Below are positions 1-8,345 of a stretch of DNA of 40,697 nucleotides, piece after piece. Source of the DNA: an uncultured Ignavibacteriales bacterium. Lineage in GTDB: Bacteria; Zixibacteria; MSB-5A5; GN15; JAAZOE01. The stretch is from contig CAZPEV010000003.1 of assembly GCA_964585635.1 (NCBI GenBank), positions 10,597 through 51,293 on the forward strand, read 5' to 3'. Made by a program: the position numbers and the translations under genes. The first letter of the stretch is position 1. Each line of letters begins with the position of its first letter. Below the pieces are notes generated by a model, which searched no databases, was not told where the DNA came from, and saw only the letters and a list, made by a program, of their open reading frames with translations.

Positions 1-44
1 GCACCGCTTCATACCCCCCTCCCATTTAATCCCCCCGGTGGGTG

Positions 45-82
45 CAAAAACAACGGGGGGGCGGAAAACCGGCCCGCCCGTT
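45..82 (-). terminator. Putative intrinsic terminator downstream of nfnB
   Basis: An imperfect GC-rich hairpin spans 52-82 (AACGGGGGGGCGG, AAAA loop, CCGGCCCGCCCGTT). On the minus strand it is followed by GTTTTTG (45-51). It lies just past the stop of the 108..1583 gene. Confidence 0.4.
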
Positions 83-107
83 CTCGCCGCTTTATGATTG
101 ACGCTCC

Positions 108-1583
108 CTATTTGCTGACCGAATCGGTCTTATTAACCTCACCTGCCGATGTTTCATTAACCAGCGGTAGGCCCATCATAAACCGGTGCATGGCGCGGGC
201 CGCCACCTTGCCGGCGCCGGCGGCCAGAATCACCGTGGCGCCGCCGGTAACGATGTCACCACCGGCGAAGACCCCCGGTCGCGAGGTTAGCATCGTCTTC
301 TCGTTGGCGATGATGTTGCCCCATTTATTGGTTTCCAAACCGGGGGTGGTCTGCGGAATCAACGGATTCGAGGAGTTGCCGACGGCCACCACCACGGTAT
401 CGACTGGGATGAGAAAATTCGAACCGGCAATCTCCACCGGCCGGCGGCGTCCGGAGGCGTCCGGCTCGCCCAGTTCCATCTGAACACACTCCATGTGGGT
501 GACCCAGCCGTCGTCATTGCCGATATATTTCACCGGGTTCGTGAGAAACTTGAACTGGATGCCTTCTTGCTCGGCATGATGGATTTCCTCGGTTCGAGCC
601 GGCATCTCGGCCCGGCTGCGACGGTACACGATGTAGGCGTTGTCGGCGCCGAGCCGCTTGGCGGTGCGGACCGAATCCATGGCGGTGTTGCCGCCGCCGA
701 GAACGGCGACATTCTTGCCGGAGAAGATCGGCGTATCGTAGTTGGGGAAGTCAAATCCGCGCATCAGATTGGAGCGGGTCAGGTACTCGTTGGCGGAATA
801 CACCCCCTTGAGGTTTTCCCCTTCAATTTTCATGAAGTTTGGCAATCCGGCGCCGGTGCCGACAAAGACCGCGCCATACCCCTCTTCAAACAGCTCGTCG
901 ATGGTTTCGATCTTGCCCATCACATAACTGGTGATTATTTCCACCCCCATCTGACGGAGGACATCCACCTCGGCGGCGACGATCGCCTTGGGAAGACGGA
1001 ATTCCGGAATCCCATAGATAAGTACGCCGCCGGGCTTATGGAGAGCTTCGAAGATCGTCACCTTGTGACCGAGCCGAGCCAGGTCGGCCGCCACGGTCAG
1101 GCCAGCCGGTCCGGCCCCGATGATGGCGGCCTTCTTGCCGGTGGGGGGGGCCAACTGCGGAGTCTCCATTTCATTATGGTCACGCTCCCAGTCGGCGACA
1201 AATCGTTCCAGATTGCCGATTCCGACCGATTGCAGTTTCTTTCCCAGGACGCAGAGCTTCTCGCATTGCTCGTCCTGAGGACAAACCCGGCCGCAGATCG
1301 CCGGGAGGGCGTTGGTTTCTTTGATCTTGCGGGCGGCCGCGCTGAATTTCCCCTCGGTGACCAATCGAATAAATCCCGGAATATCGACTTCCACCGGACA
1401 GCCTTCCATGCATTTAGCTTTGGGACAGGCCAAGCAGCGGGAGGCCTCCAACATGGCCAGTTCCGGGATCAGTCCAAACGGTACTTCGTTAAAGTTTTTG
1501 ATCCGGTCATCCGGTTCCTGCCCCGGCATCGGCTGCCTCGGAATTTTCATTCTATCCTTGTTGCTGAGCTTGTTGTCCGACAC
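108..1583 (-). CDS. nfnB: NfnB / GltD-family NADPH-dependent oxidoreductase, large subunit (glutamate synthase small-chain-like, SudA-like)
   Basis: 491-aa ORF. The N-terminus has two Fe-S Cys clusters (CLACPKAKCMEGCP and CGRVCPQDEQCEKLC). Two dinucleotide-binding motifs are present (IIGAGPAGL and VAVLGGGNTAMD). It lies directly downstream of a PyrK/SudB-like partner, the typical NfnAB arrangement. Confidence 0.8.
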   Translation of the reverse strand: MSDNKLSNKDRMKIPRQPMPGQEPDDRIKNFNEVPFGLIPELAMLEASRCLACPKAKCMEGCPVEVDIPGFIRLVTEGKFSAAARKIKETNALPAICGRVCPQDEQCEKLCVLGKKLQSVGIGNLERFVADWERDHNEMETPQLAPPTGKKAAIIGAGPAGLTVAADLARLGHKVTIFEALHKPGGVLIYGIPEFRLPKAIVAAEVDVLRQMGVEIITSYVMGKIETIDELFEEGYGAVFVGTGAGLPNFMKIEGENLKGVYSANEYLTRSNLMRGFDFPNYDTPIFSGKNVAVLGGGNTAMDSVRTAKRLGADNAYIVYRRSRAEMPARTEEIHHAEQEGIQFKFLTNPVKYIGNDDGWVTHMECVQMELGEPDASGRRRPVEIAGSNFLIPVDTVVVAVGNSSNPLIPQTTPGLETNKWGNIIANEKTMLTSRPGVFAGGDIVTGGATVILAAGAGKVAARAMHRFMMGLPLVNETSAGEVNKTDSVSK

Positions 1584-1595
1584 GGCTAATTCTCC

Positions 1596-2477
1596 TCACG
1601 CATTCGATCGCGGGTTAGGTTCGGATGCGACTGTCTGCCAGGAGCAGGCATCCGTCTGGTGAAGGAATCTGTCATAGGCGATTTTTTCATATCGGTGATA
1701 CATCTTGAGGCGGCTGGTCATTTCGGCAAAGTCAACCAAATGGGCGTCGAAATCGGGGCCGTCCACACAGGCAAACTTGGTCTTACCGCCGACGGTTACC
1801 CGGCAGGCGCCGCACATTCCGGTGCCGTCCACCATGACCGGATTCAGACTGACCCAGGTCTTGATCTGCTTGGGGCGGGTGGTCGCGGCGACGGCCTTCA
1901 TCATCGGCACCGGACCGACGGCCAGCACAAAGTCGATCGGCTGTCCGTCTTCCATCAGCTTCTGCAATATGGTGGTGACAAATCCGTGCGTTCCGAAGGA
2001 ACCGTCATCGGTACTGATATGCAGGAGGTGCGAGGCCGAGGTCAACTCCTCCCGATAAATGAGCAGATCTTTGGTGCGGGCACCGATGATGACTTCGACG
2101 CGGTTCCCCGCTTCCTTCAGGGCTTGGGCGATGGGATAAATCGGAGGAATGCCGACGCCACCGCCCAACAAGACGCAGCGGCCGAATTTTTCGACATGGG
2201 TCGGCAGGCCCAAAGGGCCAACCACGTCCATGAACGATTCGCCGATCTTCATCTGGTTCATCGAGGCCGAAGTCTTGCCAACCTCCTGAATCACGACCGT
2301 CAGGATGCCATTCTGCTTGTCGAGGCCGCCGATCGACATCGGGACCCGCTCGCCGTGTTCATCCTGCCGCAGGATGACAAACTGGCCCGCCATCGCCTTG
2401 TGGACGACCTTGGGCGCTTCGATCCGAAACCGGCAGATTTTGGGGCAGAGCTCTACTTTGTCAAGGATTCTAAACAC
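1596..2477 (-). CDS. nfnA: NfnA / sulfide-dehydrogenase-like FAD-NAD-binding subunit (PyrK family)
   Basis: The ORF runs to 2513. A GTG at 2477 preceded by GGAGGA gives the family-typical N-terminus VFRILDKVEL and removes the overlap with the upstream gene. A C-terminal 2Fe-2S motif is present (GTGMCGACRV...FACVDGP). Confidence 0.75.
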   Translation of the reverse strand: MFRILDKVELCPKICRFRIEAPKVVHKAMAGQFVILRQDEHGERVPMSIGGLDKQNGILTVVIQEVGKTSASMNQMKIGESFMDVVGPLGLPTHVEKFGRCVLLGGGVGIPPIYPIAQALKEAGNRVEVIIGARTKDLLIYREELTSASHLLHISTDDGSFGTHGFVTTILQKLMEDGQPIDFVLAVGPVPMMKAVAATTRPKQIKTWVSLNPVMVDGTGMCGACRVTVGGKTKFACVDGPDFDAHLVDFAEMTSRLKMYHRYEKIAYDRFLHQTDACSWQTVASEPNPRSNA

Positions 2478-2487
2478 GCGTCCTCCG

Positions 2488-2820
2488 CTACCGACCTGAT
2501 CTGTAATTGACAAAATTGATTACGAAATAATTTATCACTTCAGTGGTGGTAAAAAGCGAAATCGCCTCGGCCGCCTTCATCTCCTGCCAGCGCGCGGCAA
2601 AGGCCGCGTCGGAGACCAAGAGAGAATCGACTTGGGCCACCACAGTTTCATAGCGCTTGCTGTCAAAGGCGGTCCGGGCGTTTTCCGGTAAAATCGATCG
2701 GAATCTATCCAGACGCTCCTGGAACTGCTGTTGGCGCGATGGAACGCAGCCGTACAGGGTCACCATGGCCATCAGAATCATGGCTATCGCCGTAAATCGT
2801 TGTCGCCCGGCAACCTGCAT
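2488..2820 (-). CDS. Small hypothetical lipoprotein
   Basis: 110-aa ORF with a signal peptide and lipobox (AMVTLYGC). It is packed tightly between ackA and nfnA in the same operon. I recognise no family. Confidence 0.55.
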   Translation of the reverse strand: MQVAGRQRFTAIAMILMAMVTLYGCVPSRQQQFQERLDRFRSILPENARTAFDSKRYETVVAQVDSLLVSDAAFAARWQEMKAAEAISLFTTTEVINYFVINFVNYRSGR

Positions 2821-2832
2821 CCCGATCTCCGG

Positions 2833-4038
2833 CTAGATGCTTTCCTTCACGATCTGCTCTGTTTCCTGGGCAATGACCAGCTCCTCGTTGGTCGGCACCA
2901 CGATGACGCCTACCGTCGAGCCGGTGGCTGAGATAATCTCAGCCCCTTTCTTGTGCGCATCATTCTTGGCGAGGTCCAAGTGGATTCCAAAGCAGCCCAG
3001 CCTCTCTACGCATCGCCGCCGCACTTCGGCGGCATTCTCGCCTACACCGCCCGTGAACACGACGGCATCCAGCCCGCCCAGGGCCGCCATGTAGGCGCCG
3101 ATATATTTCTTTATCCGGTAGCAATAGACTTCCAGCGCCAATTTGGCGTTGGCGTGTCCTTCGGCCGATCCCTTGAGGATTTCACGCATGTCGGAGGACA
3201 GCCCGGAAATTCCGTACAGCCCGGAGTGCTTGTTCATCAGGGTATTGGCTTCGGCCAGGGTCAATTCCTCACAGGCCATGATATGGAGGATGATGGCCGG
3301 GTCGCAATCGCCGGAGCGGGTGCCCATCAGCAGCCCCTCCAGCGGTGTAAAACCAATCGTGGTATCGATCGAAACGCCCCCGTCAACGGCCGTCATCGAG
3401 GCTCCGTTGCCGAGGTGGCAGGTGATTATCTTCGTCTGCGCGATAGGTTTTCCCAGAAGCTCCGCCGCCTTGAGGGAAACGTAATAGTGCGACGTCCCGT
3501 GGAAGCCATACCGGCGGATGCCAAGTTTCTTGTAGAGCGCGTAAGGGATGCCATAGATATAGGCGTACGGCGGCATCTGGTGATGGAAGGCGGTATCGAA
3601 TACCGCCACCTGGGGGACGCCGGGGAGAAGCATCGCCGCCGCCATGATGCCGCGGATATTGTGCGGATTGTGCAGCGGCGCCAACGAAATCAACTGCTTG
3701 ATCTTATCCATCAGTTCCGCCGTGATCAGGACCGAGCCGGTGAACCGCTCGCCGCCATGAACCACGCGGTGGCCGACCGCGACGATCTCGCTCTTGCTGG
3801 TGATAACGCCATGCTCGGCGGAGAGAAGAATCGAGATCACGGCGTTAATCGCCTGCGTGTGGTCGAGAATTTCAACGGAGGTTTTGATTTGCGGCCGGTC
3901 ATGCGGCTTGTGCATTAGTGACGACTCCGACATCCCGATCCGATCCACCAGCCCCACGGCCAGCGCCAATCCCTGCTCCATGTCGATTAATTGATATTTG
4001 ACCGACGATGACCCGCAGTTGAGCACCAATATTTTCAT
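2833..4038 (-). CDS. ackA: Acetate kinase
   Basis: 401 aa. The N-terminus MKILVLNCGSSSVKYQL and the internal motifs HRVVHGG and FHGTSH are hallmarks of acetate/propionate kinases. Confidence 0.95.
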   Translation of the reverse strand: MKILVLNCGSSSVKYQLIDMEQGLALAVGLVDRIGMSESSLMHKPHDRPQIKTSVEILDHTQAINAVISILLSAEHGVITSKSEIVAVGHRVVHGGERFTGSVLITAELMDKIKQLISLAPLHNPHNIRGIMAAAMLLPGVPQVAVFDTAFHHQMPPYAYIYGIPYALYKKLGIRRYGFHGTSHYYVSLKAAELLGKPIAQTKIITCHLGNGASMTAVDGGVSIDTTIGFTPLEGLLMGTRSGDCDPAIILHIMACEELTLAEANTLMNKHSGLYGISGLSSDMREILKGSAEGHANAKLALEVYCYRIKKYIGAYMAALGGLDAVVFTGGVGENAAEVRRRCVERLGCFGIHLDLAKNDAHKKGAEIISATGSTVGVIVVPTNEELVIAQETEQIVKESI

Positions 4039-4041
4039 GGC

Positions 4042-4935
4042 TTATCGTCCGTTCTCTGGTTCGCTTTTGATTCGGTTTCCGTCTTTGTCGTACTTGAAGA
4101 AGCCTTGACCGGTTTTGACGCCAAGGTTTCCGGCGCGGACCATCTTCCGCAGCAACGGGCAGGGATTATATTTGTGCTCCGACAATTCACTCAACAGATT
4201 TTCCATCCAGGCCATTACTTCGTCCAATCCCATCATATCGGCCAAGGCCAGCGGCCCGACGTTAAACCCGAATCCCTGTCTGATGGCCGTGTCGATATCC
4301 TCCGCGCTGGAAATCCCTTCCATCAGGACATGCATAGCCTCATTGAGAAGGGGAACGATGATACGCGTGGTGACATACCCGGGATACTCATTCACCAAAA
4401 TCGGCTGTTTGCCGATGAGGGCCGCGAATTCACGAATTATCTGATAGGTCTCATCTGAAGTTTTCAGGCCCCGCACGATCTCCACAATCGGAATCCGGTT
4501 GACCGGGTTTAAAAAATGCAGGCCGATGACCTTATCCGGCCGCTTGGTCGCCGTCGCGATTTCTGAAATCGACAGAGTGGAGGTATTGGTGACCAGAATC
4601 GTCTCGGGACGGCAAATTCTATCCATTTCGGCGAACAATTCCCGTTTCATCGCCAGCTTGTCGGGAATCGCCTCAATCACCATCTCCGCCTGGCCGATGA
4701 TCGACAGGTCGGCGCAGGGATGAATACGGGAAAGAATTGATTTCTTGTCCGATTTGGTCAGACCCCAGCGCTCAATCTGGCGATCCATACTCTCGGAGAC
4801 CCGCTCAATCCCTCGTTGGGCCAATTCTGGCGTTTTGTCGATCAGATAGGCCTCGGTGCCGGAGGATGCGACGGTCTCGGCAATACCGGTCCCCATGACG
4901 CCGGCGCCAACAATAAATATCCTGTGCAGTGTCAC
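4042..4935 (-). CDS. hbd: 3-hydroxybutyryl-CoA (3-hydroxyacyl-CoA) dehydrogenase
   Basis: 297 aa with a GTG start preceded by GAGGTGA. It has an N-terminal Rossmann motif (IVGAGVMGTGIA) and the typical HFLNPV and PGYVTTR motifs of the 3HCDH family. Confidence 0.9.
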   Translation of the reverse strand: MTLHRIFIVGAGVMGTGIAETVASSGTEAYLIDKTPELAQRGIERVSESMDRQIERWGLTKSDKKSILSRIHPCADLSIIGQAEMVIEAIPDKLAMKRELFAEMDRICRPETILVTNTSTLSISEIATATKRPDKVIGLHFLNPVNRIPIVEIVRGLKTSDETYQIIREFAALIGKQPILVNEYPGYVTTRIIVPLLNEAMHVLMEGISSAEDIDTAIRQGFGFNVGPLALADMMGLDEVMAWMENLLSELSEHKYNPCPLLRKMVRAGNLGVKTGQGFFKYDKDGNRIKSEPENGR

Positions 4936-4961
4936 GTCAGGTCACCTCGGTGGATATCATC

Positions 4962-4979
4962 ATGTGAAAAATGTAACAA
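4962..4979. promoter_or_regulatory. Rex-like (or CRP-like) palindromic operator candidate in the hbd leader
   Basis: ATGTGAAAAATGTAACAA matches, by hand count, 11 of 14 specified positions of TTGTGAA-N4-TTCACAA. It lies between the predicted -10 box and the hbd start. Confidence 0.3.
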
Positions 4980-5001
4980 CCGTTTTTGGCATATTTGTTC
5001 A

Positions 5002-5029
5002 AATATATCGATTTGTCTCGATTAGGCAA
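5002..5029 (-). promoter_or_regulatory. Predicted sigma70-type promoter of the hbd-ackA-nfnAB operon
   Basis: Read on the minus strand: TTGCCT (5029-5024), a 16-nt spacer, then TATATT (5007-5002). Confidence 0.45.
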
Positions 5030-5453
5030 GAGGTTTTTCCCCCTCATTTCCCGAAAAACCGGAGACGAAAAGGTGAATCTTCGAGGGTATCTTTGGCTGG
5101 ATTCTTGATTGATCTTCAAAGGCGACGGGCTTCCATGATAGTCCTACCTTTCAGGCCGACGCCATGCGCCAAGGTGGCACCCTATAATGCCATTTTGGCG
5201 CTTACCTCTTAATGGCTGAGTCGTGGTTATGGTGTAATTAATTGTAAGTCATTGAGGTGCCTTGATTGGCATATTGCCTGATTGTGTTTGTCATGGAGTG
5301 AATAGAAGAACAAGAAAATAGGAGGTAGGGCTGAATGAGAAACCTGATGATCAGACCAAACCGATTTGGATTCAGCAGCCAACTCGACGCCCTTTTCAAC
5401 GTCCTGTGCCGTGTCCCTCTTTGGGGTAACCAGGACGACAGTTTCATGAGAAG

Positions 5454-5477
5454 AGCCGGCCGACTTGGCCGGCTTTT
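5454..5477. terminator. GC hairpin terminator downstream of the TauE-family gene (possibly bidirectional)
   Basis: AGCCGGCC (5454-5461) pairs with GGCCGGCT (5467-5474). It is followed by TTTT on the plus strand and by CTTCTC on the minus strand. It lies 16 nt past the minus-strand stop at 5493. Confidence 0.5.
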
Positions 5478-5492
5478 CCTGCTAAGGTCCGT

Positions 5493-6398
5493 TCAATGAA
5501 AGAACGCCAGGATATATGAACCGGCGATGTAGAACATAATTAGTCCTAACACCGCCTTAATCACCGGGGCTGGAAGATGGCGCTGTAGTCGCGCGCCCAG
5601 GTACATCCCAGCCGCTCCGCCCAACCCAAACAATCCCCCGAGTAGCCAATCCGGCTGAGTAGCCGGACCGGATGACGACAGCAAGGGAATGATGACGGCA
5701 TAGGTAATGACCCCGGCCAGGGATGTCACTAGATTGCCGAACAAGGCCGCGCCGGCGATCGTGTAGACCGGCAGGCCAAAGACGGTCACGAGAAAAGGCG
5801 CAATTATGGCGCTGCCGCCGATGCCGTAGATTCCGCCGATCATTCCCACGACAAGGCTGAGAATGAAGACCGGCAGGGTGGAAACATAATACGGTCGGCC
5901 GTTGAACTCATAGCCGACCTGCCTGAGATTGAACGCCAGCGGCACGACTTCAAAATGCTCGGGCCGCGCCGGCCCGGGCATGGCGGCGGAATTCTTCGCG
6001 GCCGAGATGACGTCAAAGGCCAGGCGAATTCCGATATATAGCAATACCAAGGCGACGAACAGCTTGAATAATCGCGGATCGGGCAGGTATCTGGTGCGGA
6101 TAAGGACCCCGAGGAATAGCCCCGGCAGAGTGCCGATGATGGTTATCCAAGTAATCGGCCAGACCATCCGTTTCTCCCGGCTGTAGCGGTAGACACCGCT
6201 GGGAGTTGCGACAATATTGAATAACAGATTGGTCGGAGTTACCGCCGGGGAAGTGAATCCCAGCAGGCTGACCTGAAAGGGGAGGAGCAAAAACGCACCT
6301 GATAGCCCACCGGTCGATGTCACGGTCGAAATCCCAAAAGCCGTCACGATCGGCAGCCACCAATAGGTGTCCACGCCGCTGACTGGAAAATGTATCAC
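5493..6398 (-). CDS. TauE/SafE-family (sulfite-exporter-like) integral membrane protein
   Basis: Only the C-terminal ~301 codons of the 613-aa ORF look like protein: multiple TM helices and Gly-rich motifs (GGIYGIGGSAIIAPFL, GLGGAAGMYLGARL). A GTG at 6398 is preceded by AAAGGA. A promoter at 6453-6481 also lies inside the longer ORF. The upstream 312 codons are antisense to the 6606..7433 gene. Confidence 0.7.
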   Translation of the reverse strand: MIHFPVSGVDTYWWLPIVTAFGISTVTSTGGLSGAFLLLPFQVSLLGFTSPAVTPTNLLFNIVATPSGVYRYSREKRMVWPITWITIIGTLPGLFLGVLIRTRYLPDPRLFKLFVALVLLYIGIRLAFDVISAAKNSAAMPGPARPEHFEVVPLAFNLRQVGYEFNGRPYYVSTLPVFILSLVVGMIGGIYGIGGSAIIAPFLVTVFGLPVYTIAGAALFGNLVTSLAGVITYAVIIPLLSSSGPATQPDWLLGGLFGLGGAAGMYLGARLQRHLPAPVIKAVLGLIMFYIAGSYILAFFH

Positions 6399-6452
6399 GC
6401 TGGATCCTTTCCCGCGCCTAATGGTAGTTTCCACTAAGCATCGGCCGGTGCG

Positions 6453-6481
6453 AATATAGCACTGTCCCGCAGTTCCGGCAA
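6453..6481 (-). promoter_or_regulatory. Predicted promoter of the TauE-family gene
   Basis: Read on the minus strand: TTGCCG (6481-6476), a 17-nt spacer, then TATATT (6458-6453). Confidence 0.45.
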
Positions 6482-6515
6482 GGGCCGTAACCGCGATGGG
6501 GTCGTCCATAAGTGC

Positions 6516-6544
6516 TTGACCAATTCCTGTCGTCAGTGTATACT
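6516..6544 (+). promoter_or_regulatory. Predicted extended -10 promoter of the lipoprotein gene
   Basis: TTGACC (6516-6521), a 17-nt spacer ending in TG, then TATACT (6539-6544). Confidence 0.5.
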
Positions 6545-6605
6545 GCTGGTGGGTGTGGCCGCTGGTTCCTGCCGCGGCGGTAACTGCACAGATCGTGGAG
6601 GTTCG

Positions 6606-7433
6606 ATGGCGAGATTGGCAGCATGCACGATCATTATGTTGGTCATGGTATTTGGCCTGGCGACCTGTTCCGATGACGACAAACCGACGATCCCAAATTC
6701 TCAGCCCCAGAAATATGAGGGGATAACCCTGACCGACGAAAATGGCAATATCCTTGGCGGCGATACCACCGACTGGTGTTTTTCGGCGGTCGCCGGCAAG
6801 GGGGGAGTACCGGCCGAGTTTGCCCTGTATCCCGCCTACCCTAATCCCGGCACGGCCCCAATCGAAATCGTTTTCGATCTTCCCGCCGCCGCGGCGGTCA
6901 AGCTCTTTATCATCGATTCCACCGGCGCCACCCGGTGCACCCTGGTTGATTCCACCATGGGCGCCGGGCATTATCATATCGCTTGGGACACCAAAGATGA
7001 AGGCGACCACTATCTTCTGCCGGGCATTTATCGTTACCGGATCAACGCCGGGGATTTTGAGTGCTACGGTGACATCCAGATCGCTGAGACTCCCCACCGA
7101 ATCATCCTTTATTCCCGATTGGCCGACGACACGATGTCGGTTGACTATGATGCCAATACCACCGTCGCCGGATTGTCGCTCGTCTTTCTTTATCAGGGGA
7201 CAGTCGGGGAACCGATCTATGGATCGGCGACGTCCGAGATGGATATCACCTCGACCGCCGTCAATGATTCCCTTCGGATTCTTTTCCTCACCAGCATGCA
7301 AGAGTTGACGTTTATGCCTCCCGGGATCCATCATCTTTGTTCGATTCCGATCGCAGGCAGCATGATTCTGTCATACGCCGATGCCTCGGATACCGGCGCG
7401 GTCATTCCCAGCTTTATCGTCAACACTCCCTGA
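6606..7433 (+). CDS. Lipoprotein with an internal FlgD-Ig-like / T9SS-CTD-like domain
   Basis: An ATG at 6606 is preceded by GGAGG. The longer ORF start at 6516 falls inside the promoter -35 box. A lipobox is present (VFGLATCSDD). The central stretch LYPAYPNPGTAPIEIVFDLP...GHYHIAWDTKDEGDHYLLPGIYRYRI fits the FlgD Ig-like pattern. Confidence 0.7.
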   Translation: MARLAACTIIMLVMVFGLATCSDDDKPTIPNSQPQKYEGITLTDENGNILGGDTTDWCFSAVAGKGGVPAEFALYPAYPNPGTAPIEIVFDLPAAAAVKLFIIDSTGATRCTLVDSTMGAGHYHIAWDTKDEGDHYLLPGIYRYRINAGDFECYGDIQIAETPHRIILYSRLADDTMSVDYDANTTVAGLSLVFLYQGTVGEPIYGSATSEMDITSTAVNDSLRILFLTSMQELTFMPPGIHHLCSIPIAGSMILSYADASDTGAVIPSFIVNTP

Positions 7434-7510
7434 TCATCGGGATCAGCCTCGCATTTCCCGGCGTTGTCATTTCCGCCGTCGGCGGAGCGGCCGGCATTCG
7501 CCCTATTCGA

Positions 7511-7539
7511 TTGACAAGCGCTGATCCGCTGTCTATATT
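7511..7539 (+). promoter_or_regulatory. Predicted promoter of the PPIase gene
   Basis: TTGACA (7511-7516), a 17-nt spacer, then TATATT (7534-7539). Confidence 0.5.
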
Positions 7540-7604
7540 CGCAAAAACTTGACACCGGCGGAGACGGCGCCCAAGCCGTGTCCGTCCTTTAGCGAGGGTC
7601 AAAT

Positions 7605-8210
7605 ATGAAGAAGCTGGCACTGCTGCTTGTCCTCATGTCAATCCTGGTTGGTGGTTCCGTGGCGGTACTCGGCCAGGGAAAGGAGACCAAGGTGGAAAAA
7701 AATAGGCCGCGCGTGATCATGGAAACCGATATGGGGAAGATCGTGCTGGAGTTGTTTCCCGATGTCGCCCCCAATCATGTCAAAAACTTCCTCGATCTGG
7801 CCAATAAGGGATTCTATGATGGCCTTACTTTCCATCGCGTCGTCAAGGGATTCGTCATTCAGGGCGGCGACCCCAAGGGTGACGGCACCGGCAATTCCGG
7901 GAAGAAAATCCCGGCCGAATTCTCCGCCCTCAAGCATAGGCCCGGCACGCTTGCCATGGCTCGGGCACAGGATCCAAACTCGGCTACCTGTCAGTTCTAT
8001 ATCTGCCTGGCCGACCTGCCCTCGCTGGACAATAACTATACCATCTTTGGTCAGACCGTCGAGGGAATGGATGTGGTCAACAAGATCGGGGAAGTCAAGA
8101 CCGACCGACGTGAAAAGCCATTGACAGCGGTCAGGATGATTCGCGTCTATGAAGAAGGAAAGGAACGTCCGGTTGTCAAACCGGATTCGACCGGCGCTAC
8201 GCACAAATAA
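7605..8210 (+). CDS. Secreted cyclophilin-type peptidyl-prolyl cis-trans isomerase
   Basis: 201 aa with a signal peptide, followed by cyclophilin motifs ([27 protein letters not shown]-like CQFYICL). The RBS is GAGGG. Confidence 0.9.
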   Translation: MKKLALLLVLMSILVGGSVAVLGQGKETKVEKNRPRVIMETDMGKIVLELFPDVAPNHVKNFLDLANKGFYDGLTFHRVVKGFVIQGGDPKGDGTGNSGKKIPAEFSALKHRPGTLAMARAQDPNSATCQFYICLADLPSLDNNYTIFGQTVEGMDVVNKIGEVKTDRREKPLTAVRMIRVYEEGKERPVVKPDSTGATHK

Positions 8211-8233
8211 TGAACCGCAGTTCTGCGAATCTT

Positions 8234-8268
8234 CCCGCCCCGGCCCAGCGGCCGGGGCGGGTTTTTTT
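8234..8268 (+). terminator. Rho-independent terminator after the PPIase gene
   Basis: A perfect 12-bp stem (CCCGCCCCGGCC / GGCCGGGGCGGG) with a 4-nt loop is followed by TTTTTTT. Confidence 0.85.
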
Positions 8269-8308
8269 GATTGGGCCTGTCTTGACCAGGCATTATATAT
8301 AGCGAAAC

Positions 8309-8338
8309 TTGAACGAAACGGGTCGACGTTCGTATAGT
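8309..8338 (+). promoter_or_regulatory. Predicted promoter placing the TSS at or next to the dxr ATG (leaderless candidate)
   Basis: TTGAAC (8309-8314), an 18-nt spacer, then TATAGT (8333-8338). Only 7 nt separate the -10 box from the ATG at 8346, and there is no SD sequence. Confidence 0.4.
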
Positions 8339-8345
8339 AGAACAC

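Noticed and set aside
495-1589. 364-aa plus-strand ORF overlapping nfnB
   Set aside because: It is antisense to a gene with clear GltD/NfnB motifs. Its product is Gly/Arg/Asp/His-rich with no recognisable motifs. This is a typical high-GC shadow ORF.
6399-7334. N-terminal 312 codons of the 613-aa minus-strand ORF, read as a long TauE-fusion protein
   Set aside because: This part is Gly/Arg/Asp-rich and non-membrane, and is antisense to the well-supported lipoprotein gene (6606..7433). Two divergent promoters (6453-6481 minus, 6516-6544 plus) lie inside it. A GTG start at 6398 with an AAAGGA RBS gives a normal-size TauE protein.
7549-7554. Second TTGACA hexamer upstream of the PPIase gene
   Set aside because: No acceptable -10 hexamer follows it at 16-18 nt. 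The upstream TTGACA-17-TATATT pair is the better promoter.
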